Assembly: GCA_963777955.1 (NCBI GenBank)
Contig: CAVZSQ010000013.1
Span: forward strand, 64,001 to 128,000
Direction: 5' to 3'
Length of the DNA: 64,000 nt
Origin: Calditrichia bacterium
GTDB lineage: Bacteria; Calditrichota; Calditrichia; JAJRVZ01
Part shown: piece after piece, positions 42,747 to 52,430 of the stretch
How the letters are laid out: each line of letters starts with the position of its first letter
Position numbering within the stretch: position 1 is the first letter of the stretch
Position numbers and translations under genes: made by a program
The notes under the pieces: model-generated
What the model was told of the DNA's origin: nothing
The model's database searches: none
What the model saw: the letters and a program-made list of their open reading frames with translations, nothing else

Positions 42747-45727
42747 TTAATAATTGAATTTAATACCAAACCAGATCTGTCTCGGCGTACCGTACAATTC
42801 ATTACCGGTCTGAGCCAGAAAAGCCTGAGCGTTTTCAATATTGACCGCACGGTACATGTCGAGATACTGTTGACCATAGGTCTGTAATTGGTAGCATAGC
42901 GTGTCGGATCTGAAATATATCCGTCGTCCGTGGCTGTACCGGTGGTCGGGAATACGTTAATGACATTTTTCGTATTCAACAGATTATTCACCCGGACGTA
43001 AACCGTGGCCATCAGTTTATCATAGATATTGAATACTTTTATCCAGACGCAGATCAATATTATAATTCCACGGGGTAGTCGATGCACCCATCGGTTCCAC
43101 AGCTTCCCGCGAACGGGTATCCTGCATATAATCGGTACCGGCGGTATAAGGATCAGCCTGACCTCCCGGCTGAGCATAAGTATAGGTGAAAGCATGGCCG
43201 CTGCTGAAACTGAAGATCAGATTCGCACCAAGATTCTGCAATACCGGGCCGCCATCATTGGCGTCCAAAACGGTAATCGAGCAGAACAGAACCACGGTGA
43301 GTCTGGTTAAAATCAAGCGGTGAGGTGATAGTCGGTATCGCGGTACCATTATAGGAAGCACTGTAATAGGCTGTTTCATTGGAACCTGTACCCTCAGCCG
43401 AAGAGAGAGTATAATTCAGTTGTGCCTGCAATCTTTCGATTCTGCGTAGGGTCAATCTGATTTCAACACCTTTGGTCGTGGCGAAAGTCACCATTGCCTA
43501 TGGTCCAGTAAGTCGTACTTTGTGCTCCTGGTTCAGCCTACTACTTTCTGTATCTGGGGCTGACCGATGATATTTTTGTAGAAACCGGAAATATCGATGG
43601 CCGCGTTTTCGCCGATTTGCTGCCGGAATCCGATCTCATACTGGGTTGTGCGCATCGGATCGGCATCAAAACCGGTGGAGTTGTATATAATAATAACCAC
43701 CACGCACCATCTGACGGGCAAACTGGATTGAATTATAGTAGATATCGTTCAACTGGGTCGTCTGGACAAATTTTCCATACTGAGTATAGAAAACGGTCCG
43801 GTCGCTGATCGGGAAGGAAATACCCAGTCGAGGGCTGATCTGCATAAAAGGATCCTTCGCTTTCCAATCGAGTCGATCTGGTTTTTCATCGTCGATGGTA
43901 AAATTCGCCGGATTTTCCAGTTCATAATCATCACTGTCAAAATAATCCAAACGTAAACCTGCATTGATGATCAGGTCTTTGAACTCCAGTTTATCCTGGA
44001 CGTAGAGATGCACCGAAAACGGTTTCCGTGGTCCATTAAATCCCTTATCGGTTTTGGCTCCGGTCAGGTCATAACCATAGGTATTCCCTGTCCATTCGGC
44101 CATAGTGGCCAGTTCGACTTCAATATCCGACAAAGTATAATAATCACTATTTACATCGTAATCATGGAGCAGACCTAAAATACCCGGTTCGACCGAATAC
44201 TGGCGTACGGTATATAAGCGCATCTCACCGCCAACTTTAACTTCATTGTATTTATTGAACTGGGTTACTAAATCAATATTACCGCCGATATAGTTTTGTT
44301 CAGATTTGACATAATTACCCGGACTCGCACCGTCCCGAGTAAAAGGAAAACCGAGCAGAACATAATTATAGGGTTCGGTATGATGTGCCACTATAGGTTA
44401 CCTCACCATTGCTGTAATCACTCACGGCGGCACTGTCAGCCCATTTTGTCCAATCGGTACCAAACCAGTTATCCTCGGTCTCGGTGTAGCGGGTATAATA
44501 ACTCACCTTGACATCATAGAAAGTAGTCGGTGAAATCACGTGGGTAAACTTGGCTGAGAATAAACCCTGCAGGAAATTGGTCCATAACTGCCGTGTGTTC
44601 AATATATTCAGCATCGGAGTAGCGCTATTACGCTGTTTGGTATAACTGGCTACGCCGCTCAGACGTAATTGATACGGTTTGAAATCAAACAACAGGGTAC
44701 TGTTCAGGGCCCAGCGGTTTTGATTATTCCGCGGGGTATAGCCATCGAGATATTTAAGGGTTACTGTGTCCGGGTTTCCATCTGATACATCCGGATTTTG
44801 TGGGATTTACATCAACCAGGTTCTCAAAAGTGAATCCTTTGCTGAAACGTTGACTCGCAGTCAGCCCAGTATTCATTTTCGACTGCCGCAAATAAACGGA
44901 TATTTTTACTTACCACCGGTCCACTGAAAGTTGCACCTATAATACTGTTTCCATAAGAATAGGTATCCAGGAATTTCTCTCCGTTACCCACAAAGTTATC
45001 GGTCTGGGCATCAAACGACAAATGCATCGACTCCGCACCGGATTTCAACTCGGTCTTAACGATACCCGAATTGGCCCCGCCGAATTCAGCGGTGTAGCCG
45101 CCGGCCAAAACCTGAACTTCTTCTACTGGCGTCCTGGATAATATAAACACCGGCAGTATTATTCAACGGATTCACGATATTGGCTCCGTCTAAATAATAA
45201 CCGGTTTCTTCCGGACGTCCGCCGCGGATGTGTACATTACCATCCTGTACCACTACACTGGCCTGCAAATCAAGAATTCCATTCATACCACGCACCGGAA
45301 TGGCCTCGATTGCTTCCGAAGTAACCAGAGAATAACTCTGGGTGACGTTCTTTTCCACCAGCGGCCGTTCAGCTGTAACCACAATTACTTCTCCCAGGTC
45401 CACGGTGGTTTCCTTGAGGGTGAAGTTGATTTCGGTGGTGGTATTGGCCGAAACACGAACGTTTTTGGTAACCGTTTCGGTATAACCAACCGTCGAAGCA
45501 CGTACACTATATGCCCCTACAGGAACATTAAGGATAAAATAATAACCATCAACATCTGTATTCGCACCCATGGTTGTATTTTCAATCACCACATTTACGC
45601 CGACCAGAGCCTCATTGGTGGCTTCATCACTGATCTGGCCGGTAATCTTACCGGATGATTGTGCTAATACAGCCAATGGAACGAAACTCACTAATAAAAA
45701 TATCAGTAAGCGTTTAATAAACATCAC
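42747..45727 (-). CDS. TonB-dependent receptor (Oar-like), fragmented
   Basis: GKITGQI CarboxypepD-like domain, HIRGGR plug, GGYTAEFGGANSGIV, INAGLRLDYFD, SPRLGISFPISD, YEIGFRQ, NNLLN. Confidence 0.85.
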
Positions 45728-46192
45728 ATTTCCTCCTACATGTTAGATTTCATAAATGAATAAAAGTTTGGATATAATTACATTAGCAGATACTTTTGGT
45801 ACATTACCTCTCCTCCCAGTGGTTAAAGGTTTACGGTTTCTAATTATTTGATAAAAATTATTTAAACTTATTTTAATATCCATCAGCTCTACGATTATAC
45901 TCCGGCCAGGCAATGATTGCCCGCTGCTACAGGTATAGTTTTTCCTTGATGATGTAACTTTTGAGATTGAGAAACGCAAATAAGTTTGACCATTTTCGTC
46001 AGCATCCTGCTAAAAACTAAGACTAACTACTATACTTTTACTTTTCAGAAGGTATAGCAGCCGCTGCTCAAATTAGCCTGTACAATAATGTTAAGTGCCT
46101 CAAAATTCCCAGCCCCAGTGGATATGATTGGGGATATTCTACGAAAAGCGTGAATCAAATTATAAAATCAAAAAATGTAATGCAACTATTTT

Positions 46193-47440
46193 TCATAAAT
46201 TTTCGCTAGCCAAAGCACACCAGACAAAGACTTTAGCGTCATTTATCATGTTTTCAATAATACAGTATTCATCGGGTTGATGCCCCACTTCGTCCATGGT
46301 ACTCCAGACAGCCACCGGAAATCCCCGGCGCCGTAAAATGGCGGCCACGGTCCCGCCGCCGATTCCCTGCGGCCGGGCTTGCCGTTTGTACACTTTGCTG
46401 ATGCCCGACTTCAGTAAACCGACTATCGGCGCAGCAACAGATGTTGCCGGTGCGGCCTGTTCGGCCTGCTCGTAACCGATCTCAATCTTTACCCGGAATC
46501 TTTTTTCGATCTTGTCGGCAATCTGCCTGATTGCCGCGGAAACATCGTTGATCTGATAGTCGGGCAGCACGCGACAATCCAGGTAAAACACATCTTCACC
46601 GGGAATAGTGTTTATATTCGGTACATTGGCTTCTTTTTTAGTCGGCTCGAATGTTGAGCGGGAAGGATTGAAAACTTTATCCCGGCGCGGAAACAATCTG
46701 GCCAGACCTTCCAATTGCACCTGCAGGTGACCGGCGGCACGAAACGCATTGATCCCCTGATCAGGCGTGCTGGCATGTACCTGCTTGCCGGTTGTTTTAA
46801 ATTTAATCCACATAATTGACTTTTCGGCGACTTCAATCAGCCGGCCGTCGGCCTCACCGGCATCCGGTATAATGATCAGATCATCCCGGCGAAAAAGATC
46901 CGGATGCTGAGCCAGCAAATGAACCAGGCCGGATTTACTGCCGGTCTCTTCATCAGCAACGAAGATCAGTTTCAGATCAGAATAAGGTTTAATCCCGGTT
47001 TGCAAAAAAGCCCGGGCGGCAACTATCGCTGAAACAATGCCCTGGTGATTATCCTCACTGCCCCGGCCGTATATCCTGCCGTCCCTGACCACCGCCTGGT
47101 ATGGATCACTGTGCCATTTGGTCGGATCGCCCGGAGGGACTATATCGGTATGGGTGATAATCCACAGTGTGCGCTGCCTCGTCCGGCCGGACACCGTTGC
47201 GCTGAAATTGGGCCGTAAACCTCCCACTACTGTGTGGTCGGGGGCCGGATAATCTTCAAAATCCGTCAATCCGCACTTGCGCAAATAATCCCTGATAAAA
47301 TTTGCTTTCTCTGTTTCTCCGGGACCGTTATTCTGTGGTCCCACGGAATTGATCGAGATCAGTTTTTTCATCAATTCGACCGCTTCCGGCCGCAATTGTT
47401 CAACTGCACCCTGTAACCTTTTAAACGTACTGACTGACAT
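46193..47440 (-). CDS. M20 family metallo-hydrolase (DapE/ArgE-like)
   Basis: HTDIVPPG, GRGSEDN, ADEETGS, GKQVHAS, HQPDE; start MSVSTF after GGAGG. Confidence 0.9.
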   Translation of the reverse strand: MSVSTFKRLQGAVEQLRPEAVELMKKLISINSVGPQNNGPGETEKANFIRDYLRKCGLTDFEDYPAPDHTVVGGLRPNFSATVSGRTRQRTLWIITHTDIVPPGDPTKWHSDPYQAVVRDGRIYGRGSEDNHQGIVSAIVAARAFLQTGIKPYSDLKLIFVADEETGSKSGLVHLLAQHPDLFRRDDLIIIPDAGEADGRLIEVAEKSIMWIKFKTTGKQVHASTPDQGINAFRAAGHLQVQLEGLARLFPRRDKVFNPSRSTFEPTKKEANVPNINTIPGEDVFYLDCRVLPDYQINDVSAAIRQIADKIEKRFRVKIEIGYEQAEQAAPATSVAAPIVGLLKSGISKVYKRQARPQGIGGGTVAAILRRRGFPVAVWSTMDEVGHQPDEYCIIENMINDAKVFVWCALASENL

Positions 47441-47472
47441 GCCTCCCTCCGCATTTAATCCTGATATCACCT

Positions 47473-48651
47473 TCAGGTATTCTGTAACTCGCCCAGTGAT
47501 ATTTCAGGGATGACCAGATTTTGCAGCACCTTGGTGAAATAACGGTCGGTCATGCCGGAAATATAATCACGTACAATCAATGTCGGGATGGTCTGGTCTA
47601 AATATTTTTTTGATTTCTTCTTTAAAAAATCTATGTAAACAGAACTGCTGCTATTTTCTTTTTCCAGGTCCTGCAGAAATTGTGCAAACAGAATTTCAAA
47701 ACCTTTGGCAATCCGCTCATGGTTAATTTTTAGTTTACTACTCTTATAAATATATTCATAATTGAATTGTTTAAGCCGGTACAGCGCTGCGGACACGTTA
47801 CGGCTGAAAGCGATATAATTCTGTTCATAACTGGTTTCAACCACATCCTGGACCAGGGATTCAATAATGGCGCCGTTATTTTCACCGAGGATTTTGACGC
47901 ATTCTGCCGGTAAAGCTGTTCGCTTGATCAGACCCAGGCGGATTGCATCCTCGATATCCTGGCCGATGTAGGCTATGGTATCACTGAACCTGACCACGCA
48001 CCCCTCCAGGGTCATGGGAATAAGCATTGTTTCCCGGCCCCCTTCCCGTGCGCGGATATAATCCTGGATATCTGTTTCAGTGCGTTGCGGTTCAGGTATT
48101 AATTTCTGATCGTGCACTTCCCCGTCATGAGAAAGCAGGCCTTCCCTGACCTGAAAGGTCAGGTTCAATCCTTCCCCTTTTTTAGATATGAAGTCCACCA
48201 CCCGCAGACTCTGAATGTTATGATGAAACTGCCCCAGGCCATATTTTTCGCTTACCTGGCTGAGGTATTTTTCGCCATCGTGACCGAAGGGCGGGTGGCC
48301 CAGATCATGCCCCAGCGAGATCGCTTCAATCAGGTCGATGTTCAGTCTCAGTAAACGTCCGATGGTACGGGCAATCTGGGCGACACTCAGAGTATGCAAA
48401 CTGCGGCTGGAAAGTTGTTCATCCAGCATTGAGGCGAAATAGACCACCTGAGTTTTGCCGGTATAACGCCGGAATGCGCCGCTGTAAATAATGCGGTCGC
48501 GGTCCAGCGCAAACGGCGGACGAAAACTCTTCTTTTTTTCGGGGAACAAACGAACGGCCGCGCTATCCCTGGTCGAATAAGGTGAAAGTCGCTGGGCGTC
48601 TGTCTGGTCGACTTCTGCGGCGATCGTATAGATATTTTTCATGTCATTCAA
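47473..48651 (-). CDS. dgt: HD-domain dNTP triphosphohydrolase (dGTPase-like)
   Basis: DRDRII, KTQV, GHDLGHPPFGH, DTIAY...DIEDA, DYISGMTD. Confidence 0.88.
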   Translation of the reverse strand: MNDMKNIYTIAAEVDQTDAQRLSPYSTRDSAAVRLFPEKKKSFRPPFALDRDRIIYSGAFRRYTGKTQVVYFASMLDEQLSSRSLHTLSVAQIARTIGRLLRLNIDLIEAISLGHDLGHPPFGHDGEKYLSQVSEKYGLGQFHHNIQSLRVVDFISKKGEGLNLTFQVREGLLSHDGEVHDQKLIPEPQRTETDIQDYIRAREGGRETMLIPMTLEGCVVRFSDTIAYIGQDIEDAIRLGLIKRTALPAECVKILGENNGAIIESLVQDVVETSYEQNYIAFSRNVSAALYRLKQFNYEYIYKSSKLKINHERIAKGFEILFAQFLQDLEKENSSSSVYIDFLKKKSKKYLDQTIPTLIVRDYISGMTDRYFTKVLQNLVIPEISLGELQNT

Positions 48652-49544
48652 TTAGGATTTACTGCTTTCCCGCTGCATACCTTCAGCGCCTTTTCAATAA
48701 TTTTTAAATGCAATTCGGCCGGCATAATATGAGGTTCACCATCGGTATGGATAATACACTGGCCGGAGCTGCAGGTTATTCTGAACTCCTTGCCCCGATA
48801 ATGCCGATACTCGGTCGCGATATGTATGGTACCACAGAATAAGCGCCGGGTCAGCGCTGCTGCTTTCAGCAAATTAACCTCCGGTAGAATGCAAATATCC
48901 AGAATCCCATCACTGGGATCTGCCCCGGGTGCGATTACGGCACCATTACCGTATTGCGGTGTATTGGCAATAGCCACCAGCAACGGTCTGATCTGCAGTT
49001 GCTGATCATTCAGGTGCAGGTTAAATTCCTGGGCATGGTAAAGCAGAAACTCTTTAAAACCGATGAAAAAATACGGCAGGGGTCCGCGTATACCAAAATC
49101 CTGAAATTTTTTACCTATATTGGCATCAAAACCAATTCCACAGATCCCGACAAAAAAGTGATCGTTAACCTTGCCGATGTCGATGAACAAACGGCCGGGC
49201 TGTAACAACTGCTGAATCGCTTTCCTTAGATTTAGCGGTACGCCGAGACTTCTGGCAATCCCATTTCCGGAACCTAGCGGGATGATACCGAGGCAGGTCT
49301 GCTGACAACCTACCAGGCTGCTGGCGACTTCATTGATCGTGCCATCACCACCTGCTGCCACGATGATCTGATACCCTTCCTGCACAGCGTTTTCGGAGAG
49401 GGCCCGGGCTTCGCCGGCATGGGTAGTACAGGCAAAATCATACTGATGACCGCTGGGTGCCAGCTCAGCTGCGATAAAATCGATGATATCCTCAACCCGG
49501 TTTTTTGCACCGGAAATCGGATTGAGAATAAAAAGGTATTTCAT
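48648..49544 (-). CDS. Diacylglycerol kinase-family lipid kinase (YegS/DAGK)
   Basis: NPISG, GGDGTINEV, PLGSGNG, GIGFDA, DGE. Confidence 0.92.
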   Translation of the reverse strand: MKYLFILNPISGAKNRVEDIIDFIAAELAPSGHQYDFACTTHAGEARALSENAVQEGYQIIVAAGGDGTINEVASSLVGCQQTCLGIIPLGSGNGIARSLGVPLNLRKAIQQLLQPGRLFIDIGKVNDHFFVGICGIGFDANIGKKFQDFGIRGPLPYFFIGFKEFLLYHAQEFNLHLNDQQLQIRPLLVAIANTPQYGNGAVIAPGADPSDGILDICILPEVNLLKAAALTRRLFCGTIHIATEYRHYRGKEFRITCSSGQCIIHTDGEPHIMPAELHLKIIEKALKVCSGKAVNPN

Positions 49545-49558
49545 ACCCGCAAAATCTT

Positions 49559-50524
49559 TCAGCCCTTATCGACCGATTCGAGCGCAAAAGAGATAGCTCC
49601 CAGATAACCGGCTTTATTCCCCAGTTTGGCCCCGACAATCTGCACTCCTTCGCGGGGTTTTTCCATGGCATATTGATAAGCGGTCTCACGGACCTTGCCC
49701 AGATATATTTCCCCTGCTTCGGCGACGCCTCCGCCGATAATAAACATACTTGGATTAAAAATGTTGATCAGCGTGGCCAGTCCCCGTCCAAGATAATAAC
49801 AGGCTGCTTCGATTACCTGCCTGGCTATGGAGTCATTCTGCCGGTAAAGTTTGAAAATATAGCGGACATCCATTTCCTCAGCATTAAATGGAATTTTATT
49901 TTTTTCATAATGAGCTTTGAAATTTTTCAACATGGCAGTTGCCGAAGCGTATGCTTCCAGACAGCCCTTGCCCCCGCAATTGCATATTATACCTTCCATA
50001 TCCAGCGACAGGTGTCCCAGTTCGGCCCCGGCACATTGGAAACCGCGGTACAGGTTATCATCGATAATAATTCCTCCGCCTACACCCGTACCAATGGTCA
50101 GGCAGATAACATCATGATGACCTATTCCCGCTCCGAACCTGGTCTCGCCAAGTGCCATCAGGTTGGCATCATTGTCCACAAATACCGGTAATTTAACTGC
50201 TTTCTCGAGTTCTTTTTTAATTTCGACATTTCGCCAGTACAGGAAGTTGGGCGTCGAACCCATCAGAAAACCGGTATGGATTTCTACGCTGCCCGGGGTG
50301 CCCAGACCTACTGTTACCGGTTTATGTCCATGCTCTTCGGCATATCTTTTCATCTGCAGGATCGCGTCGCCGAGATTGGCCAGAATGGTTTCTTTGGTCG
50401 CCTCTGTATTGGTCGGTTTTTTATCCTCTTTAATTATTTTGCCATCTTCTTCCGCCAGGGCAAATTTGATTGCCGTTCCTCCCAGATCCACACCGATAGC
50501 GGTTCGCTTACCAGATTTATCCAT
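49559..50524 (-). CDS. ROK-family sugar kinase (glucokinase-like)
   Basis: GVDLGGT, DNDAN, GTGVGGG, GAELGH, CNCGGKGCLE. Confidence 0.93.
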   Translation of the reverse strand: MDKSGKRTAIGVDLGGTAIKFALAEEDGKIIKEDKKPTNTEATKETILANLGDAILQMKRYAEEHGHKPVTVGLGTPGSVEIHTGFLMGSTPNFLYWRNVEIKKELEKAVKLPVFVDNDANLMALGETRFGAGIGHHDVICLTIGTGVGGGIIIDDNLYRGFQCAGAELGHLSLDMEGIICNCGGKGCLEAYASATAMLKNFKAHYEKNKIPFNAEEMDVRYIFKLYRQNDSIARQVIEAACYYLGRGLATLINIFNPSMFIIGGGVAEAGEIYLGKVRETAYQYAMEKPREGVQIVGAKLGNKAGYLGAISFALESVDKG

Positions 50525-50753
50525 TAAAATTCCCTCCTGAACGTGGCTACTATCAATTTTTAATAGTTGCTGTACTGAATATTTTTATGTGTAGCCTAAA
50601 TATATTAAATATTGAAGAATAATTGTAGTCTATGTGTTAAAAAGATTAAATCAGCGGAGCTAACAGGGCAGTTTATAAGATTTCTCATCCGCTCGCTAGA
50701 CCTGCCGTCAGGCAGGCGGCGGGGAGAGGAATCTTGTTCTATTATGCATTCCG

Positions 50754-52415
50754 TCATCTAGCCGAATCTGTTGTTGAATCCGACTTTTCCAGTTGGACCA
50801 GCAGTTGTTTAGCTTCGGGAAATAATTTCAACGAAGATTGGTATTGATTATCTTCCTCCAGCAAAATCCGGTGATATTTATCATTTCCCCACAGGTTGCG
50901 GGCAATTTCAGCCTTCAAAGATACCGCGATATACTGCCGGTGCTGCTTTAATTCTTCTGCCGTAATCAGCAGTCCTTTTTGGGCAGCCAGTGAAATGAAC
51001 TCATTCAACAAACGGTTATCTACTTCAAATTCGGTCAGGAAGCGATTCAGATTATCCTTCCAGTATGGATGGTTCAGGGTAAAATGGGCAGCTGTTTCAA
51101 AAAAAAGATGCTTATCCCTGATCTGCTGGATCAGCATTGGGGAATAAATCTGGTCGACCGGTTCAATAATCACATCGGGACTAATACCTCCCCCTCCGTA
51201 CACCTTGCGGCCGCTGCTGGTATAATATAACGACCGGTTATATAAAGTATCAGTACTATCGGCACTGGCATATTTTAAACTCAGGCTGTCTGCCGCTCCC
51301 TCATAATATTGTTCGACATTTTTACCCTTATAAGGTTTCTGGATCAGGCGCCCGCTGGGTGTATAATATTTGGAGATGGTCAGGCGCAGGCGGGAGTTGT
51401 CGCGCAGTGGAAATTCCCGCTGCACCAGTCCTTTGCCAAAACTGGTCGTGCCTACGACTAAAGCACGATCATAATCCTGCAGCGCCCCGGCAACAATCTC
51501 TGCTGCTGACGCTGAGGCATAGTTAATTAATACAACCAGGGGATAATCGCGCACCTTGCGGCGTCCGTAAGTATCGGTATAAAATTCCTCATCGAACTCG
51601 GGTAAGCGTCCGCGGGTAAATACGACTTTCCGGTGTCCGGGTAAAAATCGCGAGGAAACCTTGACCGCCTGATCCAGCAGCCCGCCGGCATTCCAGCGCA
51701 GATCCAGGACCAGCCGCTGCATACCCTGATTTTCCAAAGCGGTAAGCGCCTGATCAAGTTCCTGCTCGGTGGTTTTGGCAAAACGATTAAGATAGATATA
51801 ACCGATGCTGTCTGCATTCATGAAATAATCGGTAACCGTGTACAACGGTATAGCCCCGCGGATGATCTTAAACTCCAGCGGATCACTGATACCTTCCCGC
51901 AAAACTGTAACCTGCACCGGGGTTCCGCTTTTCCCTTTCAGCAGCCGGGGTACCTCGCTCTGATCAATACCTATTGACGACTTGCCATCTATTTTAACAA
52001 TCCGGTCCCCTGCCAATAATCCGACCTTATCGGCGGGTGAATCGTGCACAGCCGTGATTACGGTGATATAACCATCAATTATGTCAAACTGAATTCCAAT
52101 ACCCTGATACTGGCCCTGAAAATTTTCTTCATTGGTTTCCACTTCCGTAGCTGAAACATAAACGGAATGCGGGTCTAATTTTTCCAGGACCGACCGGGTT
52201 GCGCTCTGGTAGGCTTCGTCCCAGTTTACCTCATCCACGTAATACGAGGAAATATAATTTATAATCTCCCTGAATTTAGTTTCATTTTTAGCCCGTTCCT
52301 TCTGGCTGCCTGGCGAAAAAAGCATCGAATTTACCTTAATCAGCACAACCACGATGATCAGTACCAGGACAATCAGGCTGATAATGGATATAAGTTTACG
52401 CTTCTGGCTGTTCAT
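50754..52415 (-). CDS. Carboxyl-terminal processing protease (S41A)
   Basis: LDPHS, PDZ, LDLRWNAGG, SASAAEIVAGALQD, SFGKG, YYTPSGR. Confidence 0.94.
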   Translation of the reverse strand: MNSQKRKLISIISLIVLVLIIVVVLIKVNSMLFSPGSQKERAKNETKFREIINYISSYYVDEVNWDEAYQSATRSVLEKLDPHSVYVSATEVETNEENFQGQYQGIGIQFDIIDGYITVITAVHDSPADKVGLLAGDRIVKIDGKSSIGIDQSEVPRLLKGKSGTPVQVTVLREGISDPLEFKIIRGAIPLYTVTDYFMNADSIGYIYLNRFAKTTEQELDQALTALENQGMQRLVLDLRWNAGGLLDQAVKVSSRFLPGHRKVVFTRGRLPEFDEEFYTDTYGRRKVRDYPLVVLINYASASAAEIVAGALQDYDRALVVGTTSFGKGLVQREFPLRDNSRLRLTISKYYTPSGRLIQKPYKGKNVEQYYEGAADSLSLKYASADSTDTLYNRSLYYTSSGRKVYGGGGISPDVIIEPVDQIYSPMLIQQIRDKHLFFETAAHFTLNHPYWKDNLNRFLTEFEVDNRLLNEFISLAAQKGLLITAEELKQHRQYIAVSLKAEIARNLWGNDKYHRILLEEDNQYQSSLKLFPEAKQLLVQLEKSDSTTDSAR

Positions 52416-52430
52416 ATTCGTTTGACCGTT

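Noticed and set aside
38075..45727. Stop-codon recoding (selenocysteine or alternative genetic code) explaining the broken ORFs
   Set aside because: The breaks inspected change reading frame rather than being in-frame TGA/TAG, and neighbouring genes use all three stops normally.
45730..46190. Riboswitch upstream of the TonB receptor operon
   Set aside because: No cobalamin, TPP or c-di-GMP consensus recognised by eye; an Rfam scan would be needed.
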